Under the pieces are notes generated by a model. That model did not search any database and was not told the origin of the DNA. It saw only the letters and a list, made by a program, of their open reading frames with translations. From Octopus vulgaris (taxonomy: Eukaryota): DNA of 64,000 nt. The position numbers were made by a program, and so were the translations under genes. Below, one piece after another: positions 39,701 to 52,578 of the stretch (positions within the stretch are counted from its first letter, which is position 1; every line of letters begins with the position of its first letter). The DNA lies in contig OX597827.1 in the NCBI GenBank assembly GCA_951406725.2, forward strand, positions 33,604,001 through 33,668,000, written 5' to 3'.

Positions 39701-40780
39701 TGTAAGGATTCCATTTTTTTGATTACTTTCCCACCTTTTATTGTGGGCTTTGTGTGCATGTGTGAGTGTATACAAACATATATACACACATTAACTGACA
39801 AGCAGGCACTTATGAAATAAACACACACACACACATGACATGTATGTTTGGATATAAGGACATTGAAAGTAATTTTTTAATGTTTTTCCTTTTCAAATTT
39901 TTAAAATTTCCTAAAAAAAAAGTTCCTTAAATTGTCTTTGGGTTGATCTATACCAATGATTACCATCTGTATAGCAGGTTTCCTCACCCATGTGTTTTAT
40001 ATGTATGTGTATATGTGTTTGTGTGTGTATATATATATATATATGCACACATATCTATGTATATATATATTTACACACACATCCTTACATGCATGTGTGT
40101 GTGTGTGTGTGCATATAAACTGAGCAGAAGACAAGAAATGGCTGGGGAGTTTAATGATGTGGAAATAAAATTTTAAACTATCAGTTTAAAAAAGAACTAG
40201 TAAATATTCTTCTGGTCTCTGGTAGTTTAAAAAAAAAATTATTGTTATTATTGTTATACAGTGGCCTTCAGCCAACTTCAAGTGTGAAATTCATTATTAA
40301 TGTTGCCTTGTGCCTAGTCAGAAGAAAATATTTCTATTATTATTATTATTATTATTAAGGTGGTGAGCTGGCAGAATCATTACCATGCTGGGAAAAATGC
40401 TTCGTAACATTTCTTCTGGCTTCATGTTCTGAGTCCAGGTACCACCAGGGTCAACTTTGCCTTTTATCCTTATAAGTACCAGTTGGACACTGGGGCCAAT
40501 GTAATCAGCTTATCCCCTCCCCTGAAATTGCTGGCTTTGTGCCAAAATTTGAAACCATTATTACTTATAGGCAATGGACTAGCAGAATCAGTGGAGTATT
40601 GGACAATACCTTGTTCTATCTTTTTTATGTTCTTAGTTCAAATTTCACAAAAGTCAACTTTGCCTTTCATCCTTCTGGGGGTCAATAAAATAAAGTACTA
40701 GTCAAGAACAGGGGTTGATTTCATCGACTTTTCTCTTCCCTCATATTTCTGGCCTTGTACCAATAATAGAAACAATTATA
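30601..40780 (+). repeat. Head-to-tail array/cluster of about 25-30 diverged SINE B units (~200 bp), all on the + strand
   Basis: Recurrent GGCAGAATC..TAG / TTCTGAGTTCAAAT / ACTTTGCCTTTCATCC / AATAAGTACCAG / GGCCTTGTGCC / (ATT)n. Clear heads at about 30602, 30795, 31049, 31277, 32027, 32254, 33450, 36003, 36201, 36830, 37065, 38395, 38582, 39350, 40357 and 40568. Confidence 0.85.
34257..34431. mobile_element. hAT-type MITE with a perfect 8-bp TSD
   Basis: CTTTAGAT|CAGTGTTTCCCAAC ... CTTTGGAAATCACTG|CTTTAGAT. Confidence 0.88.
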
Positions 40781-42990
40781 CTTTTTTTTTCCACACACTG
40801 TGTCTTTGGTGAAACACAAGAATGGTTGATCTGTATGTATACGTGAGTGAGGAGGGCAGAGGGTGGTTATTTAGTGACCTGCTCAACCAAGCTGATTGTA
40901 TAATGTGAATCTAGCTTTTTTTTTTTGTGTGTGTGTGTGTATGTTGTTTTATCTCCATATCATCTCTTGAGATTGGTACCAGCGATGCCTTAAGGGGCTA
41001 CTTATGGTGTGCAGCCAGCTGTGCACAGCAGACATAAGTATGTATACATCTCTATCTCTATTACTTTATTACCTGTGTAAAAAAAAATTATTATTCCTTC
41101 TTGGGCTCTTCAATGCAGGTGCATTTATTGCATTTTTGATATGTTTGTCATTACATGTAGATATGCACACATACATTACATATAGTTAAGTATACATATG
41201 TATACACACACAAACACACGTTTTGACCTAAATTCCTGCAGCATATGTAAATAGATTAAATTAATGGGAGAGCCCATATATATATATATATATATGATGG
41301 TTCTCTCGTTAATATGAACATTCAGTTGTTTGATCGATTGGATGAGTAGTCATTGAATCATCATCATGGCTGAGTATTATACAGACAATTGTACCCTTAG
41401 CATGACATGAGTGATACAAGGTTGAACCATTGAATTACAGGTACAATCAATCCAACAGGCTTTTACATAGTTTCCATCAGCTTAAATTCACTCCCAAGTT
41501 TGGGGTGAAGCTGAGATATGAAAGCCACTAGCCTAAGATTGATCTCATGGTTGTAAAGCGAACTTCTCAGTCACTCAGCCATATCTGCATCCATAATATA
41601 TGTATTCATTCCATTCTGCTGTTTTCAATCCACTATGAGTGAAGATTCAGTATGCCATTGTGAGTTGTCTATGCTAGTTATAGGCCTACCTATCCACACC
41701 AGGTTGAATGGGATGCTCCCCAAGCCAAGTGATTAGAGCCACTGGCATCTGATTCAATATATATGCTAACATAAACACATACAAATATCAAACATCTTCC
41801 AGACTTTGTTTATCAATTGTAATGAGCACTTTGACATTTATTTCTGCAAGCACCTACCTTTTTGGCATAGTACTAAGCTATTAGTAGACCTACTCATATT
41901 TATAATTAGTATCCACCTACTATTAGTTGACAAAGATACTACTGTAGTCAATAAACCCTTTTATATCATGCTGAGTTTATTTTAATGAAACTTAGATAAA
42001 ACCTTTGCGAATATCTTCGAAAATTTTGCATAAGTCTATGTATGTACATGAAATGTGTGTGTGTAGAAGAGAGAGAGAGGGAGAGATGTGATTTAGGATG
42101 TGCTTGTGCATATGCATTTGTGTGTGCGTGCATGTGTGTGTGTGTGTATATGTATGTATATACACACATACATGGCTATGTCTGCTGAAACTTGACTGTT
42201 TTTAAGTAACAGCACATTAGTGTACCCATTCTCTAAGTACATAAACCATATCAGGGTACTCTATTGTAACTAGTTCACCATGTAGGAGTAACCCCTCAAT
42301 ATTGAAATAACCTAGCTTTCCTCCCCCTCCTGCCTACCTGCTCACCCCTCTCTCCATAGATGGGCATATTCATAAAAAGTCAACCAACTGACCATAGTAG
42401 AAACTCTCAGCATCGCTTGTGTCCTTCATTGCGGTGTGTGACAGCAACAGGAGCACCGAGTACTTAATTACTCACTCTTCCCTAACTCTGACGGGTTGAG
42501 GTGAGAGCTGATAGCTCACATCCAAATGAAATGTAAGAATTGGGGTACAACACTTCAATTGTTTGAGGTTTGTGCCTTAATTTATATATATATATATAAA
42601 TATATATACACACAATTGTTTCCAAAATTTATTCAAATACACAAGCATACACTCTCACAAACAAATACATCTATGCAGTTTCTTCACGTCACATCATGTG
42701 TACTCCGGACATGCGTATTTATGATACAAATATGTGTACATTACACATTGGCAGAACCTTTTTAAACAATTTTTTTTTTTAAGTTTTTTTATATATACAT
42801 TCATATATATATGCACACACACATATATATATTAGCATGACACCTTTCAGAATGTACACTTTGTAGCCCAGCTGTAAGCTGCACACTAGCTGACGTACAC
42901 TAAGCATGCATTGGCATGTGTGTGCAACCCATGTGTTTTTTTAAAATCCTTTTTACATTTTATCAATATAATTACTTTGTAATTGTTTTG

Positions 42991-42996
42991 AATAAA
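42991..42996 (+). promoter_or_regulatory. Candidate distal polyadenylation signal
   Basis: AATAAA with a U-rich upstream region, CA about 15-25 nt downstream and a GU/U-rich tract (TTTTGTTGATCTTG). Other AATAAA exist nearer the stop (e.g. 26994), so the assignment is tentative. Confidence 0.3.
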
Positions 42997-43339
42997 CATT
43001 CATTTCAATACAATTTAACATTTTGTTGATCTTGAATTATTCATTTGTTCCTTTTTAACATCTATTTTTTCATGGGAGTTATTTGAAGTACAGTTTATAT
43101 TTGCTTGAATGCTCTTCCTCTCATCAATCATGATTTGATACAGTCAGTCTGTTTTGACAAAGGTACTTTTTGGTGCTGGAAGAAAATGCACACAGGAATA
43201 TACACAAACAGACACAAAGAGTGAGAAGGAGAGAGAGACAATATAATTTATTAATTGGCTATGATTGACATACACATTTTCCCTCTCCTCACACTCATAA
43301 ACTGAGCAAGTGGAAGAGAGAGAGAGAACATGGTAAGCA

Positions 43340-43606
43340 TTAACCCTACATCATTCAGATTACTCTGTCAAATATAGTGCTTTATTCTTTTACTTGTTTC
43401 AGTCATTTGACTGTGACTGTACAGAAGCACCAAACATTTTTTAAAATCATGTATGATCTTATAGCTTAGAGATTTCTAAGACGTGATTGCTTATTTTTAG
43501 AATGACATTGCAAGGTAGGTGTGAGATGCTGAATCTGGTCAGTTTGAATATAAAACAAGTAAAATGTTTTGGCTGAATATGGACACTTTAAATACTAAAG
43601 GGTTAA
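43340..43606. mobile_element. TTAA-flanked (piggyBac-like) MITE family 2
   Basis: TTAACCCT...TACTAAAGGGTTAA, with an inverted related copy at 49294-49499. Confidence 0.75.
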
Positions 43607-45969
43607 AATGTCTGATGTTGGAAAAGTTAGTGGAGCCAAAATGTCTCATACATTCAATATCTATTGATCAAGTAAGAGATTTCTTTATTCCGTACAATAA
43701 ATGCAGGGCATTGGTACTGCTTTGCTCAAATCGCAACGAGTGCAGAATATTCAAGCACATGCACACATGTATATATTTATAAAAGGCTTCCAAAAATTTC
43801 TATCCACCAAATTACTTGGCCCAGAGCTATAGTAGAAGACACTTATCCAAAGTGTCACAGTAGGTCTGAACCCAAAACCATGTGGTTATGAGGCAAACTT
43901 TTTAATTACACAGTCAGTGGTTGTTAATTTGTTTTATTTATCAGCTATGGTCATGCTAGAGTTAAGATTTTAATTTATCAGACAGACTTTTAACCATATC
44001 AGGGTTCACCACATGAACCAGTGACAACGCCACTTCTTCACAATGAGCAAATGTCTGAAAAGTTGAATTCTTCACCCTTCTCAATCACTGAACTTACCAA
44101 AGTGTCCTATAACTACATCAACATTGATTATTTGGCATGTCCCAGACTTGATAAAAATGTTCTGCCCATGGAGGGTTCAATGGGGGTTAATCCTTAACAT
44201 CCCTCATTCTTGTGAAAGATCATATAAAAGAGAAACCGGAGTAGAGGGAGCTCAAAGGGCCAGAAACCAGAATAGAGGAATACCAAGAAAACATCTGTGC
44301 TAGAATGGTGTTAGAAATGAAAAAGTGAGAAATTCACTGAGAGTTAGAAAAGAACATCAAAAAACCTTAATGAGAGGAAAAACATTCAAGTTAGGAATTG
44401 CTTAACATATGTATATGGTGTGAAAAGGAGAAAATATGTATACACATAAACACACATTTTCTCCAATTTAATTGTTTTTCTTATTTTACTCTTTTACTCT
44501 TATTCTATTGCATAACTTTTGTCTCAAAGTGACTTTAATTACAGGTAAATCCAGGTAAATTGAGCAAAAGGTAAACATATTAAAATTTTGTTTAAACATC
44601 ACCATAGAAAATGAATCATCAGCTAATATTCAAATGGGTATGCAACAAAATTTTGATAAAGAAGAATTGTGCACATCACTATATCATCAATTGAATTTAA
44701 TGCACAACAGGTGTACCATAAAGGTGGAATAAACTGAAATATTGGAATCCACCGTAAGTTTGACCGAACTAAAGAAATCGGTCAAAAAATAATATACGGC
44801 CCTGGTTATGGTATGGAAGTGATAAATTCCAGACCACATCGTTCCCTAGGCCATGCTGACTAACATTATTTTCCCTGTATAAAAAATAAATCCACGCAGT
44901 ACCCAGTATTTGCTTCACAAATTTTCCGAAATTTGAACCCTCATTTTGTATTTGTTTACGTTCTGCGTAAGTTTGTTTCCGCATTGATCGCTTCAAACAA
45001 TAACTTCCAGACCACATCATACCCTAAGCCATGCTGACTAACATTAGTTTCCCTGTATAAAAACTAAATCCACAACAGTACCCAGTATTTGTTTCACAAA
45101 TTTTCCAATTCGGAATCAATGCTTGATAACATGAAACTCCTATCTATTTTCAAAGTTGAAGAAAAATCAATGCCGAAAAAAATGTGGAAAAAAATCTCCC
45201 AAAATTCAGGGAATTAAAATTACACGTCGATCTTTGTACAAAACTGTAGATGAACTGTTTACGAAGCATAATCACGTGTTTTCACGAATGTACTAAAGAG
45301 ATTTGCTCTGATATTCTCATTTAAATATGAATAGGTAAATTCGGGCGGGTTTGGGCGATTTGGTCACATTAACCAAAATTTTTTCGGGCGGCTTTGGGCG
45401 GTTTGGTAACGAAAGGGTTAAGCAAAAATTCGAGAAAAGTAAATATTTTACGATTTGCCTCTCTAATTTCAACTGCTTCACTCCTGCTATTACCATACTT
45501 TCTCCTACTTTCTCTTTGCAAGTGTACCTTAAACCACTACTCAAAAAAAATACAGAGCAAACAGAAACAAATAAATACATAATGATTTACTCCTCACACA
45601 ATTTCTTCAATTGGAATTTACCTATGATTTTTCGAAGTACATTCCATTCGGTCATGGCATATAAATTTCTTTCAATTTGATCCCCAATTAAGCAAAAATT
45701 TGAAAAAACTCAATATTTTACGATTTCCCTCTCTCACTTCAAAGGCTTTACTCCACCTATTAGCACACTTTCTCTTTACACACATAGACACGCAAACATA
45801 TACATATATGACAGTGTCAATTGTTGAAAGAAAATTGTAAGCTAAGAAGGCGTGTGTGTGTAGGAAGTGAAGGATAAAAATATGGCAAGAAGTGGACAGA
45901 TGTACATATATACATACATACATCCATACATACATAGATGTGTGTGTGTGTATGTATGTGTGTGTGTTA

Positions 45970-46358
45970 TCTCTCTATATATAAAGCTGAAGTTGTCTGT
46001 GTGCGCCAGGTTTGGTAGCCTTCAACTAACACTATCTCCTCCGAGACCCTGTGGCACAAGTTGACCAAAATTGAGAGTATGATAGAAGGGTTGCTCTTCC
46101 TTCCGTAGAAGATAAAATTCAAATCGGACCATGTTAACACCAAAAATTATTTACATCAAAAAGGTGCTTTTTTCTATGAAAATCCTTGTTTTTTACGATT
46201 TTTTCACTGCTGTGTCGCCATTTTTCAGTGTATTTCAACCAGAAAAATGTTCACTTGAAGAGAATAATAAGCTACATAATGCAAAATTTTTACTTTTCAA
46301 AAATTCCAATTCCAGCGGGTCGAAACAAACCCGAGCAACGCCGCGGGCGATACTGCTA

Positions 46359-46359
<1 letters not shown>
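45970..46359 (+). mobile_element. Non-autonomous Helitron, second copy
   Basis: A|TC start, CCCGAGCAACGCCGCGGG hairpin and CTAA|T end. Colinear with 2976-3367. Confidence 0.85.
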
Positions 46360-46389
<30 letters not shown>

Positions 46390-46517
46390 TTACATATAAT
46401 CATATTTAAGATGTTCATGTACACTTGAGCATGGAAAAACAAAACACTGTGCAAATTATCTAATAGCTTATAGACAATATGGGTGTAAACACATCATGAA
46501 GTAGTGAATGTCACAAC

Positions 46518-46562
46518 TGTAAGATGCCCGCATTTCTACATTGTTATGCTTCATCAGTTACA
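46518..46562 (-). ncRNA. Type I hammerhead motif (AUC triplet)
   Basis: Minus strand: UGUAA CUGAUGA A-GCAU-AACA-AUGU-A GAAA UGC-GG-GCA UC UUACA. All three stems pair. Confidence 0.7.
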
Positions 46563-47402
46563 TATACTGAGCTATCATTTGAGACTGCTAAGAGCTGGTC
46601 ATTCTTACATTAGAATAGCAAATGACACATTTGCTTATGTGTGAGAAGCTTTATCAAGTTGGGATTAATTAATCAGAGGTGCACTAAGTGTTTCTACATC
46701 AGCTATAAATATCAAGCTGACATTGATGGTCATTAAGCTTGTATCGTACGGTCTATTCCTGGCCTAGCAGTGTGTTGACACCTATATTGTCTGTAATGAC
46801 AATTTCTTCTCAAGACAACTTACGCAGCACATTGTCTTTCCATAACTGTATGCAAACGTTAAATATGATTGTACCTAACTGTATTTCATTCAACACTGCT
46901 TTATGTATACATATATATATAAAATTAAATAATCAATAAAATTTTTTTAAATGTTCTCTAACCAGTAAATTGGCTGCTGAAATTTATTTACTGCAGAGTA
47001 ATTTCCGACCTCAGCACACCAAAGTGAAGACACTTGAAAAATTCACCCAAATATAATTTGTAGAACTTTATACATGCTTTATTTCAGTTGAACGTTCTGT
47101 ATCTAGTTCTGGAAATTGTGTTTTGTAAGCAACAGACTATGCTGGCGATCTTGCAGATATCTGCGTGTTTACATATGTAGATATTAACAAGTGAAACCAA
47201 TGGTACGTAGGTAATCGTTTTTTATTTCGTGCATCTTCATTTGTCTTGCTCATTTTTACATTTTGGCGTTTTGCTGAGATTTTTCTTGAGAACACACTCT
47301 TCGTGGTAATAGCAATTTGACATCGTGGTAATAGCAATTTGACATCAATTTGACATCTTTAGCATATTAGGTGTCCACTTTAGTGATCATTCCTCTTAAT
47401 TT

Positions 47403-47438
<36 letters not shown>

Positions 47439-47592
47439 CAAAATAGTTAGTTGTAAAATCTCAAGAAGAGCTCAGAATAGTAATTATACTACCAAGTAAA
47501 GTTAATCACCACATCAAAATGACTGTTCCATGTTAATACTAGTTTAACTCCAAACAGATCTGCCAGCTGGTTATGGGTGCAATGATGTACCC

Positions 47593-48335
47593 TATGTGGG
47601 CTGATCAATAAATATCCGGACTATTGCCATATAATAAAGCTGAAGGATGCAAAGTGAAGCCACTTGGTACAGATTGACCTTGGTCTCTGCTGTGCATGCA
47701 CACTAAGTTTTAACATTCTAGCTCACTTTTGCTGTTTATAGCAGTGCTTGGAAGGAAGGTGTGTAGTGTGTGATTGTCACATTGACCACAACAGAGGAAG
47801 TTGAGCAGAGAATCTGTATCAAATTTTGCCAAAAGCCAGCAATACCTGCTCAGAGACCTCTTCAAAGTTTTCATCGTTCTTGATACAGTCAAGGAGATCT
47901 TGTGCAACTGAAACCTGAGTGTCTTATTTTGTCAGCTGAAAGCAGTTCTGGCACAAACTTAGCAGACACACATCTCATACCCAAATCTTCAGTGATTATG
48001 GACTGAACCATAACTAATCAGCACATCCTCTGATAACCCACAGATGGTGATTTGATGATTTCCCCTCATAGCTGCATGCAATTCTGTGATGTTTTTCTCA
48101 ATTCTGCTGGTTGCAGGTCTCCTAGAACACTTATCAATATCAACATTTTTACGGCCATCTTGGAAACGTCTGAACCACTTGTACACTTGTGTATGGCCCA
48201 TACACTTTCTGCAAGTTTGCATAGGTCTCTGAGCAGGTATCGCCACGACAACTTCCTCTGTCATGGTCAGTGTGATAATTACACGCTACACACCTTCCTT
48301 CCAAACACTGCTTTTACAGGTAGAGCAGTTAGTGT
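47593..48335. mobile_element. Two convergent mariner 5' fragments
   Basis: + strand: TIR-like TATGTGGGCTGATCAATAAATATCCGGAC and EQRICIKFCQK. - strand: TQVYKWFRRFQDGRKNVD..SRRPATSR (ORF 47989..48264). 47725-47805 is inverted relative to 48250-48330. Confidence 0.8.
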
Positions 48336-49293
48336 CTTTCTCAGCTGTGCTTCACACATAGTAAGCCGTGACAATAAAACTGAGGGAATTAGGATGCTGT
48401 AGAAATTCTCTGAAAACCACTTTCAGTTTTTGCCAGAGATGTGGTAAGGAGCGGATTCCTGCTACCACAGATATGGCCTCCCAGCAGCAGCATGCCCCAC
48501 CCCAGCCAAGAATTAACCATAGTGCCCAGCAGTTTTACATAGGCTCTGAATGTGAGGTTAATTCTGGAGGATAATTCTGCTGTGTCTCATCCTCCTGGCC
48601 ACAGCTTTGTGGTCTCAGTCTTACAACTTTTACAGTGTTTACTGAGCAGCAGTCAATGAGATCAGCATTTTGATGCTCAGTTCCAAATCATCATGGTACA
48701 AGTAACTTTCTTTCAATATTCATTCAGATAGCTTCCAGTTCTCCATGCCAACTAACTTTTACTCAATTACAACTTTAATCTTTATGATCTCAAATGCTAT
48801 TGACTGTTCACCAATATATCAGGCTGTTTCTGAAAAAAAAAGACCTGAAAAATAGTCAAATTTAGCCAAGCACACTGTGTATATACACAACAGGCTTCTC
48901 TCAGTGCCCAACTATCAAATCCATTTGCAATGCTTTGGTCAGCCTGATGGTCACACATTAAGACTAAGCTCAAACCCATATCGTTGCAAAGCAACTTTCT
49001 TAACTACACAGCCATGCATATATTTATTTGTGCAACAACCCAAAAAGCACCTGCTGTAAACGCAATCTATAAGTTCAACACAAACATCAAATCAATATGG
49101 CTATTTGTATTAAAAAGGACCCTAGGTTTTCTAACTTCAATTTTGTCTTGTTAGGTATTGGCCATTCAAGAACTTTTATTTCTAATGACCTTAAAATAAT
49201 CTTTCATAATCCCAGATACAATTTGGATGTTAATACTTTCTCCTATCGTGTTTTTCCATTCCCCTCAAAGTTCTCTGTAATCTCAGCTTCTGT

Positions 49294-49499
49294 TTAACCA
49301 TGTAGCATTTAAACCAGCCATATCTGGCCCAAACATTCTATTAGCTTTATAATCAAACTGGCCAGATCTTGCCTCTCGCACTTGTCCTAAAATGACATTG
49401 TTAAAATCATGAAGCTACAAGATAGTATATGATTAATTCAAAGCAATATGACTAAATAAGCATTCATTTAACCAAGTAACCTGACTACTAAAGAGTTAA
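49294..49499. mobile_element. TTAA-flanked MITE family 2, second copy
   Basis: TTAACCATGTAGCATTTAAA...TACTAAAGAGTTAA, with internal similarity to the reverse complement of 43340-43606. Confidence 0.7.
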
Positions 49500-49930
49500 T
49501 ATTTTGCTGGTCTCTGAAAATAAGAAACCATTATTTCCCTTTCTTTCATTCATATTTTGTAGTTATTTGGATTAGATTTTCAGTTTTCCTTTACAAGATG
49601 CTAATCAAATTCTACAGTTGAAATCTTATTAAAATTTTTATATTGCAGAAGATCCCTACTGTGTGGTGTTCTTAGTAGATATAATCTTTCCCTGTTGGTT
49701 TTTCATTGCTGCAATGTAAATGCTACTTTTATTTTCATTGTTTTTCTTTGTAGTCTTGTTAATTCACATAACTTGTGTTTGAGATTAGAACGAATGTAAC
49801 TCATTATTAGAAGAGTGGGAATATAGGTAGTTTCTATGATTGTTGATTTTCAATTCAAATCAACAGATTTAAGTTGACATGGCATGTGTGTGTATGTGTG
49901 TGTGTATGTATGTATGTATGTATGTATGTA

Positions 49931-50832
49931 TGAGGCTTACCCAAAACTAACTGGAAATGTTCTCTGTGGGACAAGCCCGTCGTAGTTCAGGCTTCTGTCA
50001 CTAGAAGCTACTTGATGCAATCCTCAGGCATCAGTCTGCCGACTGGCATTGTCCACTGGGGTCATACTGCTATGTGGTGCATCTTTGTTTTGCAATGCTT
50101 CTCCCCTGTTCATTGATTTTTCCAATGGTTGAAATGAAAGGACAATATGCTTCTGTGAAATTCTATTTCCTGCTGGGGGAAACAGTGGCTGAAACAGTTG
50201 TCACACTTCAAACAGCTTACAAGGATGCTGCCATGAGCAAAATGCAAGTTTACAAGTGGTTTCCAAGCTTTAGGAATGGTCAATTGTAGCTTGAGAACCA
50301 ACCTTGTTCAAGGCAACCATAAACCTCCCTAATAAATGAAAACATCACGAAAATTCATGAACTGATCTTAGAAGACTGTCCCTGAACAATTGACAAACTT
50401 GTTGATATGGCTTGTGTGTCCTGGAGCTCCTACCAACGAATTTCGAATGAGGAATTGTGAATGAAAAGAGTCAAAGCAAAATTTGTGCTTTACTTGCTCA
50501 TAGAGATCAAAAGCAGTCATGACTGAATGCCTGTCGTGAACTGAAAGAACAGCTGGAAGTTGATCCGGACCTTGTTTTGAAGGTTATCACTGGTGATGAA
50601 AGCTGGAGCTATGGAATTTGCAGATATGGAAGAGGTGAAGAAAAAAATGACAAAGGCATTAAAAGCCATCACTTTGCTAGAGTTCTAGCACTGCTTCCAA
50701 CAGTGGAAAACACATCTGGACCAATGCATTGCTTCAAATGGAAAATACTTTGAAGGCGATAAAAGTATAAACATGTAAAACTAAGTGAAGAAAATAATAT
50801 TGCAAAATTCCGGTTTCTTTTGGGTACCTAAC
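49931..50832 (+). mobile_element. Internally deleted mariner element
   Basis: TA-flanked imperfect TIRs (TGAGGCTTACCCAAAACTAACTGGAA / TTCCGGTTTCTTTTGGGTACCTAAC). Relics VYKWF, KVITGDESWSYG and CIASNGKYFEGD remain, with stops, and the catalytic middle is deleted. Confidence 0.88.
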
Positions 50833-50836
50833 TATA

Positions 50837-51183
50837 TGTTTGTGTGTATGTATGTATGTATGTCTGTATGTATGTATGTATGTATGTATGTGCATGCATG
50901 TGTGTGCATATGTAAGTGTTCATGTGTATATGTGTGCATGTATGTGTGTATTTGCATGTATGTGTATCTGCATGTGTGCATGTGTATGTGACCATGCAGT
51001 ATGTGTATGCATATATGTGAGAGCCACTGTGTGTGTGTGTATGTATGTACCACTGTGAATGTGTGTGTGTGTGCATGCTCATGTGTATGTGCATGGATGT
51101 GTGTGTGCCTACATGTGTAAGTGTGTGCATGCATGTGTGTGTGAATGTGTGTTTGTGTTTGTGTTTGTGTGTGTGTGTGTGTT
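50837..51183. repeat. Compound (TATG)/(TG)/(CATG) microsatellite
   Basis: About 350 bp of near-alternating purine-pyrimidine sequence. Confidence 0.9.
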
Positions 51184-51920
51184 TTCAAGTGAGAAGGAAA
51201 TAGTTTCATCGTAGTTCATAGCAAGTTCAGACTCTGGATTAACAAAAAACAAACTGTTTGATTGACAAGAAACAAGAAGTTCAGGTGCAGAAAAGCGGCT
51301 AATGCTAGATGCAGAACCAATCAAAGAGGGTGTCAGCCATGTTATTTACCAGCAAAATCATTGCTAGCTTAAAAAATACGTTACAAATTACAGAAAAGAC
51401 AAGTCTATTATAAGTGATTGATATAGTTGTATGTATGTATGTATGTGTGTGTGTGTGTGTGTGTGTGAGTTATTTGTGTGTGTGTAACAGTTACTTGTCT
51501 AATACACATCCTCCTTATCATTACCATGCTTGCAATGGATTGACTGGAGATTCTTGGGGCAGATTTTTGATAGATGGATGCCCTTTCTTTCACTGGCCCA
51601 CACCTGTCTCCAAGCAAGATAATATTTCCCCTTGGCTGAACATGTTTTCACAGAAGACTGGAAATGAAGAACACTGCTTGTATGACAGTAACATTCACTT
51701 TACAAGAATCATATGATGTCATGATAAGGAGACACCAATTCTCTCAAACATGCATATTTTTCAATGAAAGCAGCCATCCACAATCGATGAGTTTTGTAAT
51801 ACTTGATGATACTGGAAATATTTTTATATATACTAGAAATGGGGATCTGACTTGGCTGTCCACATCAGAGGGCATATGCAGATGAAGAGGGAGAGCTCAA
51901 ATGATTTTACTCAAAGAAAC

Positions 51921-52131
51921 GTTAGCACGCCGGGTGCAATGCTTAGTAGTATTTTGTTTGTCGCTACGTTCTGAGTTCAAATTCCACCGAGGTCGACTTT
52001 GCCTTTCATCCTTTTGGGGTTGATTAAATAAGTACCAGTTACGCACTGGGGTCGATATAATCGACTTAATCTATTTGTCTGTCCTTGTTTGTCCCCTCTG
52101 TGTGTAGCCCCTTGTGGGCAGTAAAGAAATA
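51921..52131 (+). mobile_element. SINE B long-tail subfamily, CpG-retaining (young) copy
   Basis: GAGTTCAAATTCCACCGAGGTCGACTTTGCCTTTCATCC with tail GCCCCTTGTGGGCAGTAAAGAAAT. Confidence 0.85.
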
Positions 52132-52188
52132 GGTATTAAAGATAGAGTAGTTGATGGCATTGCAACATGATGTTTGAAGAAAATTCTA

Positions 52189-52578
52189 TCTTTTGCTTGT
52201 TTCACACAGTGGACCATGGCCATGCTGGGGCACCACCTTGATGAGTTTTAGTTGAACAAATTAACCTCAGTACATATTTAAAGTCTGTACTTATTGCATT
52301 GATCTCTTTTGTTGAACCACTGGGTTACAAAGGATGCAAACCAAGCAACACTGGTTGTCAAGTGATGGGATAGGGGACACAAACACAGACACAAAGATAT
52401 ACATACACACATAAACATATACAATGGACTTCTACACAGTTTCCATCTGCCAAATTCTCTTATAAAGTACTAGTCAGCCTTGGTCTATCATAGAAGACAC
52501 TTGCCCAAGGTGCTGTGCAGTAAGACTGAACCCAAAACCATTTGGTTGCAAAGTGAGTTTCTTAACCATACAGTCATG
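52189..52578 (-). mobile_element. SINE family A, diverged full-length copy
   Basis: Colinear with 245-692. Confidence 0.8.

Noticed and set aside
30601-40780. CRISPR-like repeat/spacer array
   Set aside because: The units are diverged ~200-bp tRNA-derived SINEs with irregular spacing, in a eukaryotic context with no cas genes.
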